Shown here piece after piece: positions 1-8,086 of a DNA stretch of 16,175 nt; the first letter of the stretch is position 1, and the number at the start of each line of letters is the position of its first letter. The translations under genes and the position numbers were made by a program. Where the stretch lies: contig JANNVQ010000058.1 in assembly GCA_031414535.1 (NCBI GenBank), positions 1 through 16,175 on the forward strand, written 5' to 3'. The notes beneath the pieces were generated by a model, which was not told where the DNA came from, ran no database searches, and saw only the letters and a list, made by a program, of their open reading frames with translations. Origin of the DNA: Gemmatimonas sp. GTDB taxonomy: Bacteria; Gemmatimonadota; Gemmatimonadetes; Gemmatimonadales; Gemmatimonadaceae.

Positions 1-413
1 GGTGCCCGGAAGGCTTCGAGACCTGCCGAGAGAAGCTGCACCACCAACCAGCGGTCGTAGCGATCCACCACTAACGACGGCAAGCCGTCACCCTCGCCGT
101 GCACGAGGCGGCAGGCGTTCGTGTCGTCTTCAAGGATTCCCACGCGCCGCGCGATGGCGGCCCCCAGTCGCTCGCCCCACCAAGTCGCGTCCAGCGCGAC
201 GTCCGCGTCGTGACTCACGAAGCGCAGCGAAATCTCGGACGCTGGGCTCCAGAGCGCGGTGCCAAGGGCGCGACCCTGCGGGTCCAGCACCGTCACCGCG
301 CCGGGCGGCAGCGACGGCGGCGACATTACGTCGGATTTGAAGATCCACGGATGCCCGTCCTGCCAGCGACGGGCACCACGCGCGGAGATTACGGCCTGCG
401 TGTGCGAGGGCAT
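1..413 (-). CDS. rlmI: RlmI-like class I SAM-dependent 23S rRNA methyltransferase, N-terminal part; runs off the left edge
   Basis: Not in the ORF track (no stop in window). Manual translation from ATG at 413: MPSHTQAVISARGARRWQDGHPWIFKSDV...SEISLRF...CRLVHGEGDGLPSLVVDRYDRWLVVQLLSAG. GHPWIF and RLVHGEGDGLPxLVVDRY are RlmI-family motifs. Confidence 0.88.
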   Translation of the reverse strand, partial: MPSHTQAVISARGARRWQDGHPWIFKSDVMSPPSLPPGAVTVLDPQGRALGTALWSPASEISLRFVSHDADVALDATWWGERLGAAIARRVGILEDDTNACRLVHGEGDGLPSLVVDRYDRWLVVQLLSAGLEAFRA

Positions 414-467
414 CTGAGGAATCTAGAAGCGATGGACAGGCCGTGCCGCAGGCGGCATCTTCGTCGT

Positions 468-854
468 ATGCGCAACTCCCAGCGTTCCCGCTCCGTACGG
501 GCCGTTCGCGGTGCCACCACCGTCTCGGCAGATCAGCCCGTCCTCATTCGGGAGGCCGTGCAGGAGATGTTAGATGCCATCCTCGACGACAACGACCTCG
601 TCCCGGCAGACATCATCTCCGCGCTGTTCACCGCCACTCCGGATTTGGTCAGCGAGTTCCCCGCACACGCGGCGCGGCTCTACGGCTGGACGGACATCCC
701 GTTGCTCTGCGCACAGGAATTGCCCGTATCAGGCGCGCTCACGCGATGCATTCGAGTTATGGTGCACGCCGAGAGCACGCGGACGCGAAATGAGATCCGG
801 CATGTGTACCTGCGCGACGCCATCCTGCTGCGCGCGGACCTGCTCGCCGACTAA
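468..854 (+). CDS. aroH: Chorismate mutase, AroH (Bacillus) class
   Basis: C-terminal part of ORF 99..854: VRAVRGATTV, ISALFTATPDL, FPAHAAR, PLLCAQEL, RCIRVMVH, HVYLRDAILLRADL. ATG 468 chosen because the upstream part is antisense to rlmI. Confidence 0.92.
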   Translation: MRNSQRSRSVRAVRGATTVSADQPVLIREAVQEMLDAILDDNDLVPADIISALFTATPDLVSEFPAHAARLYGWTDIPLLCAQELPVSGALTRCIRVMVHAESTRTRNEIRHVYLRDAILLRADLLAD

Positions 855-1946
855 TCAGTCCGGCGGACGACGCAACGAGTCGAGGGTCGCGCGCTGCAGG
901 CCCACCGACGCGAGCGCCGAGTCCATCGCTGGCTGCGCCGAACGTCGCCGCCGCTCCAACGAGTCGTTCCGCGCCACAGAGCGTACGAACTCAATCGCCC
1001 GCAAATGCTCCGCGTAGGTGTTGCGGAATTCGTGATGCCCATCAGGATGCGCCACGAAGTAGCGGTACCCCACATTGGCCGGATACAGGGATGCCTCGAT
1101 GCTCGCTGCGCCCGGGCTCGCGATGGGCCCCGGCGGAAGCCCAGTGCGCCGATACGTGTTGTACGGCGAGTCCACGCGCAGGTCGCGGTAGAGCACGCGC
1201 CCGGGGCGGCGGCGCCCCAGCGCAAACTGCACCGTGGGGTCCGCTTGCAGGGCTTGGCCCGTGCGCAGTCGGTTGTGATACACCGCGGAGACGGTCGGCC
1301 GCTCTTCGCCCCGTCGGACTTCCTTCTCCACGATGCTCGCTAAAGTCATCACTTGGTGTCGCGACATCTTCAGATCTTTCGCGCGCGCGTTCCACTCCGG
1401 CTTCCATACACGCTCAAACCGCTGCACCATGATCTCGACGGCCTGACGCGCCGTCGCGCCGTCTGGGAAATTGTAGGTGTCAGGAAACAGATAGCCCTCG
1501 AGCGATCGCGTGCCACGCGGTACGCCCACGCGCGCGAGAAGCGCTGAATCACGCACCGCAACAGTTACGGAGTCGTGCGGCACGCCCAGAGAATCTGCCA
1601 GCGTTGGCACAATGTCCCAGATGGCCCAGCCCTCGGGCACGACCACCCGCCGTACAATGCCCTCGCCCTTCTGCAGGGCCGTGAGAATCTGATTCCAGCT
1701 GGCGCCGCGCGGAATGATGTAGCGGCCGTACCGAATGCTGCGGTCGCGCTTGGTGAGCGATGCGTAGCGGCCAAACAGCCGTGGCGTGCGCACCAAGCCA
1801 TGGACGTTCAAGGACTCCGCGGCCTCCATGAAATTCGAGCCCATCCGAATCGTCACCTCCACGGCTTCCTGCTCAGAGTTGCCGCAGCCCAGCGAGGCGG
1901 CGAGCATCAACGCCCCAAGCATCGCCAGAGGCACGCGCTTAGTCAC
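855..1946 (-). CDS. mltG: Endolytic transglycosylase MltG (YceG family)
   Basis: LEGYLFPDTY, LASIVEKE (catalytic Glu), VYHNRL, LQADPTV, SPYNTY, GLPPGPIASPG, YRYFVA. GTG start at 1946 overlaps the ruvX stop; the longer ORF call 855..2246 runs into ruvX. Confidence 0.93.
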   Translation of the reverse strand: MTKRVPLAMLGALMLAASLGCGNSEQEAVEVTIRMGSNFMEAAESLNVHGLVRTPRLFGRYASLTKRDRSIRYGRYIIPRGASWNQILTALQKGEGIVRRVVVPEGWAIWDIVPTLADSLGVPHDSVTVAVRDSALLARVGVPRGTRSLEGYLFPDTYNFPDGATARQAVEIMVQRFERVWKPEWNARAKDLKMSRHQVMTLASIVEKEVRRGEERPTVSAVYHNRLRTGQALQADPTVQFALGRRRPGRVLYRDLRVDSPYNTYRRTGLPPGPIASPGAASIEASLYPANVGYRYFVAHPDGHHEFRNTYAEHLRAIEFVRSVARNDSLERRRRSAQPAMDSALASVGLQRATLDSLRRPPD

Positions 1947-2397
1947 GAGCCGGCGCCTCGCTCTGCAATTCCATCGAGCGCAGCGCATGCTGGAGCAAGA
2001 TGGTTGCCGCCAGTGCATCCACGTCGCCTTTTCGGTTGCGCGTCGAGCCTTCCATCGCTTGCACCGCGCGCAATGCGGCTGAGGTCGTGAATCGCTCATC
2101 CACAAGCTCCGCTGGGAGCCCCGTTCGGGTACCGAGTTCCAGCGCCAAGCGTCGCGCTTCGAGGGCGCGCGGCGTGTCCTCTCCCATTTGGTCGAGCGGC
2201 AATCCCACCACGAATCCCTCCACTTCAAGCTCGGTGGCCCGGGCAAGCAACGCCGTCAGCGGGGGCCGCTTGCCTTCGCGGCGTTCCACGTGCCCAGCCG
2301 GCGACGCAATCATCCCCGAGGGATCGCTCACGGCCAGGCCGATGCGCCGATCCCCGAGGTCAATCGCCAACCAGCGCCGCCGCCAAGACTCGCTCAA
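1939..2397 (-). CDS. ruvX: RuvX/YqgF pre-16S rRNA nuclease (Holliday junction resolvase-like)
   Basis: LAIDLGDRRIGLAVSD, FVVGLPL, VDERFTT, VDALAATILLQ. TTG start overlaps the rho TGA (TTGA). Confidence 0.93.
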   Translation of the reverse strand: MSESWRRRWLAIDLGDRRIGLAVSDPSGMIASPAGHVERREGKRPPLTALLARATELEVEGFVVGLPLDQMGEDTPRALEARRLALELGTRTGLPAELVDERFTTSAALRAVQAMEGSTRNRKGDVDALAATILLQHALRSMELQSEAPARD

Positions 2398-3650
2398 GCG
2401 CCCTCCGCCATGCGTTGGAAAAACTCTTCGTTGGAGGCCGTCACCGCCAGCTTCCGCAACAGAAACTGCGTGGCGTCCTCAGGAGCCATGTCGCCCAAGA
2501 AGTGCCGCAGCAAAAAGATGCGGTTCCGCTCCTTCTCCGTGAGTAACAATTCTTCTTTGCGAGTTCCCGACTTGTTGATCTCGATGGCCGGATAAACGCG
2601 GCGGTTCGCGATGTCGCGATCCAGCACAATCTCCTGATTGCCGGTGCCCTTGAATTCCTCGAAGATCACTTCGTCCATGCGCGAGCCCGTGTTCACCAAG
2701 GCCGTCGCCACGATGGTCAGCGAGCCGCCGCCATCAATCCGCCGCGCCGCGCCGAAAAATCGCTTTGGCCGCTCCATTGCCTTGGCATCAATGCCGCCCG
2801 ACATAATGCGACCCGACTGCGGCATGATGGTGTTGTGCGCGCGCGCGAGTCGCGTGATGGAGTCAAGAAGGATCACCACGTCACGCTTGGCTTCGACGAG
2901 CCGCTTGGCCTTCTCAATCACCATCTCCGCCACCTGTACGTGTCGCTTGGCCGCTTCGTCGAAGGTGCTGGCCACCACCTCGGCGCCCGGCACTGACGCA
3001 ATGAAATCCGTCACTTCCTCGGGGCGCTCGTCAATCAACAGCACGATGAGCACGATCTCCGGATGGTTCTCGGCGATTGCGTTCGCCATGCGTTGCAGCA
3101 TCATCGTCTTGCCGGCGCGCGGTGGGGCCACAATCAAACCGCGCTGTCCCTTGCCCAGCGGCGCGATCAGATCCGCGACTCGCATGGCGAGTCCACCGGC
3201 CTTGGATTCCAGTCGAATGCGTTGATCTGGATAGCGCGGCTTGAGCGCGTCGAATGGGACCCGCTGCGAGAGAATGGCGGGGTCCTCGCCATTCACAGCA
3301 TCTACTTGCAGCAGCGCGAGGTACTTCTCCCAAGGCTTGGCCGGGCGCACCGTGCCGCGCACCACATCCCCGGTCTTGATGCCAAAACGCTTCACCTGCG
3401 CGCTGGACACGTAGACGTCGTCGGGGCCGGCGAGGTAGCTGTGCTCCGCCTGGCGCAGGTAGCCGTGGCCTTCTGGCACCAGTTCCAAAGTGCCGTCGGC
3501 AATCAGCGTCTCGCCGCGTGTGAGCAGGCTGCGCTGCACCCGCAGCAGCATCTCTCCGAGATGCATGGTGGCGGGAACCTGGAGCTGGAGCTCCTCGGCC
3601 ACTGCACGCAGCTCGGCCTCAGGCAGACGACGAAGGGACGCGATTTCCAC
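2394..3650 (-). CDS. rho: Transcription termination factor Rho (418 aa, no N-terminal insertion)
   Basis: [30 protein letters not shown] (Walker A), [46 protein letters not shown] start. Confidence 0.97.
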   Translation of the reverse strand: MEIASLRRLPEAELRAVAEELQLQVPATMHLGEMLLRVQRSLLTRGETLIADGTLELVPEGHGYLRQAEHSYLAGPDDVYVSSAQVKRFGIKTGDVVRGTVRPAKPWEKYLALLQVDAVNGEDPAILSQRVPFDALKPRYPDQRIRLESKAGGLAMRVADLIAPLGKGQRGLIVAPPRAGKTMMLQRMANAIAENHPEIVLIVLLIDERPEEVTDFIASVPGAEVVASTFDEAAKRHVQVAEMVIEKAKRLVEAKRDVVILLDSITRLARAHNTIMPQSGRIMSGGIDAKAMERPKRFFGAARRIDGGGSLTIVATALVNTGSRMDEVIFEEFKGTGNQEIVLDRDIANRRVYPAIEINKSGTRKEELLLTEKERNRIFLLRHFLGDMAPEDATQFLLRKLAVTASNEEFFQRMAEGA

Positions 3651-3755
3651 GCGGGACTGTTGGGGAGGGGGTTGCTGCGGGGATGCTGCGGGGTGGCGCC
3701 GGCCCGCGCTCGTAAGGGCGGGGAGGGGAGGGGCGCGACCGAAAGGGACGACTGA

Positions 3756-3829
<74 letters not shown>

Positions 3830-3993
3830 GTAAGACGGAAACCTATCGCCCCTCCCCCCCATCCGGGTAGGTCGCAATCCGCTTTTCTCGCCCCGCTGGG
3901 GATGCGAATTGAACGCGTGCGCGATATAGTTGCGGGACGCTCCGTTGCGCACCAAAGCCACCGGACCTCCCCGACCTTCACGAGGACTGCTTG

Positions 3994-5247
3994 ATGTCGT
4001 CCACCTTCGCGCCGATAGACGCGGCTACCATCTCCGCACTCAACGCCGGCGGAGAGCGCGCCCTCGAGCAGATTTTCCGCGAACACTATCCGTGGATTCT
4101 CGAGAAGGCACTCGAACGCCTCAAGGGCGAGAATGCCGCCGCGCCGCGCCTCATCTCCGCCACCGTGCGCGAGCTCTGGGAAGAACGCGACGGCTTTCAT
4201 TCAAGCGCTGAGATCGAGGCCTTTTTTAACGAAGAACTCCGTCACCGTGCCCGTGCCATTCGCGCCCGCATGACGGCCGTACACCGCTTTGAGAAAGCCG
4301 AAGGCGTGCACGTAGCACCGCCGGCATCCGCTCCGACCGCCGATCAGGTTTGGACGGAGATTGCCGCTGAGTTGCACAAGCCCCAGGTGGATGCCGCCAC
4401 CGTTGCAAAGCGTCGTCGCGAGCACCGCTCCGAAGTTGTGGCCGAGCACATTCAGTCGGTCACCGAGCGCGCTAACTGGAAGACGCCACTCATCGTCGCA
4501 GTGGTCGCCACCTTCCTGGCACTCGGTGGCGCCTACGTGATGAACCAGAAGAGTCGCGCCGATGTCATCAACGAGATGCTCGGCTCCGCCGACGCGCAGC
4601 AGGTTACGACGCGCGCCGGTCAGCTCGGCTCCGCTACGCTTGCCGATAACTCCACGGTACGCGTCGGTCCCGAGACGCGCTTGGTGATTGTAGATGAGTT
4701 CGGCAAGGACTTCCGCACGCTGAATGTCTCCGGCACCGCGGTGTTCAGCGTTGCGGCAGGCAATGCGCGGGAGTTCGAGGCCCGTATCGGCGATGCGTCC
4801 GTGTTTTCCAAGGGCGGCGTCTTCACCGTGCGCGACTTCGCCGATGAGGCCGCGCGGCTCGTGCGCGCCGATACCGGCTCGCTACGAGTCGTCACAAGCG
4901 GCGGAGAGCGCACGCTCGCCGCTGGTGAAGCACTGGCCATCGATCGTGCCGGCGCCGTCTCCACGCCCGATGCCGCGATTGCGGCGCAGGAGCTGGCGTG
5001 GACCGCCAATCGCTTGGTCATCCGAGACGTGAATCTCGGCGATGCGGTCCAGCGCCTCTGGCGTTGGTACGGCATGGATGTGATGCTCGCTGACAGCAGC
5101 GCTGCGCTGCGCAGCATCTCGCTCGACGTGCCGCTCGAGTCGTCGCAGGCCGCCATCGCCGCCATCGAAGGCGCGGCGAATGTGCGCTTCCAGTGGGTGG
5201 ACGGCAAGATGACATTCCAGACCACTCCGGCGAGGGCGCGCCGCTGA
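3994..5247 (+). CDS. FecR-domain membrane protein with an N-terminal ECF sigma region-2-like segment
   Basis: N-terminus ALNAGGERALEQIFREHYPWI...LWEERD...FFNEELRHRA. One TM segment (PLIVAVVATFLALGGAYVM). FecR domain (TTRAGQ...TLADNSTVRVGPETRL...SGTAVFSV). C-terminal AWTANRLVIRDVNLGDAVQRLWRWYG. GAGGA at 3982-3986 favours ATG 3994 over TTG 3991. Confidence 0.8.
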   Translation: MSSTFAPIDAATISALNAGGERALEQIFREHYPWILEKALERLKGENAAAPRLISATVRELWEERDGFHSSAEIEAFFNEELRHRARAIRARMTAVHRFEKAEGVHVAPPASAPTADQVWTEIAAELHKPQVDAATVAKRRREHRSEVVAEHIQSVTERANWKTPLIVAVVATFLALGGAYVMNQKSRADVINEMLGSADAQQVTTRAGQLGSATLADNSTVRVGPETRLVIVDEFGKDFRTLNVSGTAVFSVAAGNAREFEARIGDASVFSKGGVFTVRDFADEAARLVRADTGSLRVVTSGGERTLAAGEALAIDRAGAVSTPDAAIAAQELAWTANRLVIRDVNLGDAVQRLWRWYGMDVMLADSSAALRSISLDVPLESSQAAIAAIEGAANVRFQWVDGKMTFQTTPARARR

Positions 5248-5795
5248 TGCGCCTCGTCGCTCTGGCGACGCTCCTGTTGTGTGCATCGGCGATTGGGGCG
5301 CAGGCTCCCCAATCGCCGATTCAACCTTCAGGGCCGCTCATCATGAATGGCGGGCCGTCGGCGCAGGTCACTGACGCGAACTTCCCGATTCCGCCTGGCC
5401 ACGTTTTCAAGGTGATGTGGGAGATTAATCTCCATCCCGATTCGAGCCAGGTAAACCAACAGATCGGTACCATGGCGCGCTTCTACAATCTCCACGCTCG
5501 GCACGGCGTGCCGAAGGAGAATCTGTTTGGGGCAGCCGTGGTGCACGGTAACGGCTGGGTGGCGCTGCTCAGTGACGAGGCATATCAGCGTCGCTACAGC
5601 CGGGCGAATCCCAGCAAAGCTCTGGTCGAGGAGTTGATCCGAAACGGCGCACGCTTCGCCGTCTGCGGCCAAACTGCGGCCTCCCGAGGTGTGCGGGCAG
5701 ATGAACTCATGCCTGGTGTGCAGATGGCCATCTCCGCGATGTCCGCGCTGAACGTCTTCTACGCCGAAGGGTATCGTCTCCAGCCTTGGCGCTGA
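5247..5795 (+). CDS. Exported DsrE/DsrF-like family protein
   Basis: ATG overlaps the upstream TGA (TGATG). Signal peptide MRLVALATLLLCASAIGAQA. AAVVHGNG, LIRNGARFAVCGQT, LMPGV and EGY match the DsrE-like pattern. Confidence 0.8.
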   Translation: MRLVALATLLLCASAIGAQAPQSPIQPSGPLIMNGGPSAQVTDANFPIPPGHVFKVMWEINLHPDSSQVNQQIGTMARFYNLHARHGVPKENLFGAAVVHGNGWVALLSDEAYQRRYSRANPSKALVEELIRNGARFAVCGQTAASRGVRADELMPGVQMAISAMSALNVFYAEGYRLQPWR

Positions 5796-5819
5796 CGCGC
5801 CTCTCAGCACCACAAACAC

Positions 5820-5859
5820 AAAGCCCCTTCCGCGCGTATGCGGAAGGGGCTTTGGTTTT
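5820..5859. terminator. Probable bidirectional intrinsic terminator between the DsrE gene and the convergent tRNA-Pro
   Basis: Perfect 14-bp inverted repeat AAAGCCCCTTCCGC (5820-5833) / GCGGAAGGGGCTTT (5840-5853), followed by GGTTTT, with A-rich sequence on the left. Confidence 0.8.
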
Positions 5860-5865
5860 CTACAG

Positions 5866-5939
<74 letters not shown>

Positions 5940-5957
5940 AATTTCGGTAGATCAGTG

Positions 5958-5989
5958 CAGCGTCCGTCATCCGTCATCCGTCCAGTTAC
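5958..5989 (-). repeat. GACGGAT heptamer array, copy in the tRNA-Arg/tRNA-Pro spacer
   Basis: CAGCGTCCGTCATCCGTCATCCGTCCAGTTAC; 30/32 identical to the reverse complement of 9228-9259. Confidence 0.9.
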
Positions 5990-5994
5990 CAAAG

Positions 5995-6068
5995 TGCGCC
6001 CGAAGGGACTCGAACCCCTAACCTTCTGATCCGTAGTCAGATGCTCTATCCAATTGAGCTACGAGCGC
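5995..6068 (-). tRNA. tRNA-Arg (anticodon ACG)
   Basis: GCGCTCGTAGCTCAATTGGATAGAGCA-TCTGA-CT-ACG-GA-TCAGA-AGGTTAGGGGTTCGAGTCCCTTCGGGCGCA. Confidence 0.95.
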
Positions 6069-6113
6069 GATCACCCCTGCCGAGCACCGACCACATACTC
6101 CGAGGGAATCCGA

Positions 6114-6142
6114 AAGATAGTCGCGCCCTAATGACGCGTCAA
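6114..6142 (-). promoter_or_regulatory. Sigma70-type promoter for tRNA-Arg(ACG)-tRNA-Pro
   Basis: Minus strand TTGACG-17 nt-TATCTT, about 45 nt upstream of the tRNA. Confidence 0.65.
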
Positions 6143-6157
6143 CGCAGTTAAACGACC

Positions 6158-6201
6158 AAAAAGAAGCGAGGGGAGCCACTTAGAGCGGCCCCCCTCGCTT
6201 C
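6158..6201 (-). terminator. Intrinsic terminator of the TPR gene
   Basis: Minus strand GAAGCGAGGGGGGCCGCTCTAAGTGGCTCCCCTCGCTTC hairpin followed by TTTTT. Confidence 0.8.
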
Positions 6202-6213
6202 CGTCATCCGTCC
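6200..6213 (-). repeat. GACGGAT heptamer array, short copy
   Basis: GGACGGATGACGGA directly after the TAG of the TPR gene, running into its terminator. Confidence 0.8.
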
Positions 6214-7749
6214 CTACCGCAACGGCTTGTAGCTCCAAGCCACCGTTCCGGGCTTGGTCGCAATAATCTCAAATCCGCCGGTCGCCCCTGGGGCAATCGA
6301 CTCCGTCGTCACCGTCAGCGTCTCCAGCACCTCGCCGGCGAGATTCAGAAACGACATCTCCACGGTGTAGGTCCGGGCCGCGCGACCACGATTCTCAATC
6401 GTGCCATTGAGCTTCGCACCCTCGGCGCGACGCTCAAAGCCGATCACCTGAAGCTTCTGCGCCATCGAGGCTTCCTGCGCGCCCAGCGAATCGGCCTCTG
6501 CGGTGATGACCCGAATCTCGCGCAGCATCGCCTGACGACGCGTCGCGTCGCGCTCCGCCTCACGGCGCGCCGAGGCCGCCGTCGCGCGATTGCGCACCGC
6601 GATGGACTTCAACAGGTAGTTGTCGCCATTGGACGGATCGATGCGCAGCAAGGTCTCAAGCAACGGCATGGCCTCCTCACTGCGGTTGCTGTCGAGCAGC
6701 AGGTACGCGAGGAAGTAATTGGCGTCGCGAGCGTTCGGATTTTTCTTGATGGTCTCACCGTACAGCGTCATCGCGTTTGCCATGTTACCCGACACGCGCG
6801 ATACCTCCGCGCCAATCAGCAACGCGAGGTCAGCGTAGGCTGCAGGATTCGTGAGTATTGGCTGCAGGCCATTCTGCACGGCCACGCTGTCCTGAATCAA
6901 CATCGCGACGTCGAGACCTACAGACACGAACATCGGGGTGTCGCCGTGCTCTGGCGATTCATGAGCGAGTGCAAGAAAAAGACCCGACGCGCGACCGAGC
7001 GCGGCTCTGCGGGCCGCCGCATCCTCGAGGCCACCGCCCCACTCCTGCGTGATACTGGCGTACTGAATGCGCATCTGGCGGCGCGTGTCAGCCAAGCTGG
7101 TGTCCGACGCGGCAAGCGTGATGGCCGTGTCGAGGTATGCCAAGGCCTTCTCCTGCTGACCGCGCTTGAGGGCGACCTGTCCATACGCGTTGAACAAGAA
7201 CGGGGAGCGGCGGTCCAAGCGGCCAGCCTCGCGGGCGTAGTGCTCCGCCGAATCAACCTCATTCGCGTTCAGGAGGCGATAGGCCGCGGCGATGCGCTCG
7301 TTCCACGGCTTCGACTGGCGCCAGCGCTGCGTCTCCTCGATGCAGGCAGGCATCGCGGTCTCAATAAGCGTCAGCAGCGAGTCGGCCTCACCCACGAGGT
7401 CAATGCTGACGTTGCGTTCACGGCCGAGGTTGAGGTCGGCCAGCGTCATGGTCGGCGTCACGTCGTCGCGATGCAACCAAATCATCAGGATCTGGGCCTT
7501 GGTGTAGGCGTAGCCCAGCTGGTTGCTCGCAAACCGGCGCGTGTCCTGCAGCTGCCGTGCGGCGTCGCGGAGGGCCCGCGGCGTCGCCTCGGCGCTGGGA
7601 TCGGCCACGGCGCGCTGAATGCTGATGCCAGCCGTGAAAAGCTGGGCTGGCTGATTGAGGTCGATGGCGCACTCCTGGGCCGTGGCGGCCGTCGGAAGGG
7701 CCAGGGCGAGTGCGGAAGCGAACAGCGGGATGCGTAACGTGGTGAGCAT
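6214..7749 (-). CDS. Exported tetratricopeptide-repeat protein with C-terminal FxLYD-like domain
   Basis: Signal peptide (MLTTLRIPLFASALALALPTAATAQ). TPR-like repeats (NPNARDANYFLAYLLL...LRIDPSNGDNYLLK). C-terminus LNGTIENRG...VEMSFLNLAGEVL...IAPGATGGFEI. Confidence 0.8.
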   Translation of the reverse strand: MLTTLRIPLFASALALALPTAATAQECAIDLNQPAQLFTAGISIQRAVADPSAEATPRALRDAARQLQDTRRFASNQLGYAYTKAQILMIWLHRDDVTPTMTLADLNLGRERNVSIDLVGEADSLLTLIETAMPACIEETQRWRQSKPWNERIAAAYRLLNANEVDSAEHYAREAGRLDRRSPFLFNAYGQVALKRGQQEKALAYLDTAITLAASDTSLADTRRQMRIQYASITQEWGGGLEDAAARRAALGRASGLFLALAHESPEHGDTPMFVSVGLDVAMLIQDSVAVQNGLQPILTNPAAYADLALLIGAEVSRVSGNMANAMTLYGETIKKNPNARDANYFLAYLLLDSNRSEEAMPLLETLLRIDPSNGDNYLLKSIAVRNRATAASARREAERDATRRQAMLREIRVITAEADSLGAQEASMAQKLQVIGFERRAEGAKLNGTIENRGRAARTYTVEMSFLNLAGEVLETLTVTTESIAPGATGGFEIIATKPGTVAWSYKPLR

Positions 7750-7794
7750 CGGTCGCGGTTTAGGGGAAGGGGGGCTGCTTCAAACTGCCGTGAG

Positions 7795-7827
7795 AACAAA
7801 CGCCCCACGAGTAAGGCTCGCGGGGCG
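7795..7827 (-). terminator. Intrinsic terminator after tRNA-Val
   Basis: Minus strand CGCCCCGCGAG-CCTTA-CTCGTGGGGCG followed by TTTGTT. Confidence 0.7.
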
Positions 7828-7829
7828 TA

Positions 7830-7903
7830 TGGGCGGTACAAGACTCGAACTTGTGACCTCCACGATGTCAACGTGGCGCTCTAACCAACTGAGCTAACCG
7901 CCC
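7830..7903 (-). tRNA. tRNA-Val (anticodon GAC)
   Basis: GGGCGGTTAGCTCAGTTGGTTAGAGCG-CCACG-TT-GAC-AT-CGTGG-AGGTCACAAGTTCGAGTCTTGTACCGCCCA. Confidence 0.95.
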
Positions 7904-7978
7904 TCACATACCCGATGACCTCCTCAACGTTCCGGAGGTGTCAAGCGTTGACCACCAGTCGCCGATACCTGACGACAG

Positions 7979-8051
7979 AGCGGGAAACGGGACTCGAACC
8001 CGCGACCCCAACCTTGGCACGGTTGTGCTCTACCAACTGAGCTATTCCCGC
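7979..8051 (-). tRNA. tRNA-Gly (anticodon GCC)
   Basis: GCGGGAATAGCTCAGTTGGTAGAGCA-CAACC-GT-GCC-AA-GGTTG-GGGTCGCGGGTTCGAGTCCCGTTTCCCGCT; U73 discriminator. Confidence 0.95.
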
Positions 8052-8086
8052 GTGAATCCACGCCGCCCGATGGTCCGGTGCGGCAG

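Noticed and set aside
99..467. N-terminal extension of aroH in ORF 99..854
   Set aside because: It is the antisense shadow of rlmI; AroH similarity starts after ATG 468.
1947..2246. N-terminal extension of mltG
   Set aside because: Lies inside ruvX in another frame; GTG 1946 gives a plausible signal sequence and a coupled start.
3830..5865. Genomic island between tRNA-Arg and tRNA-Pro
   Set aside because: No integrase, no duplicated tRNA 3' end, and no visible compositional shift.
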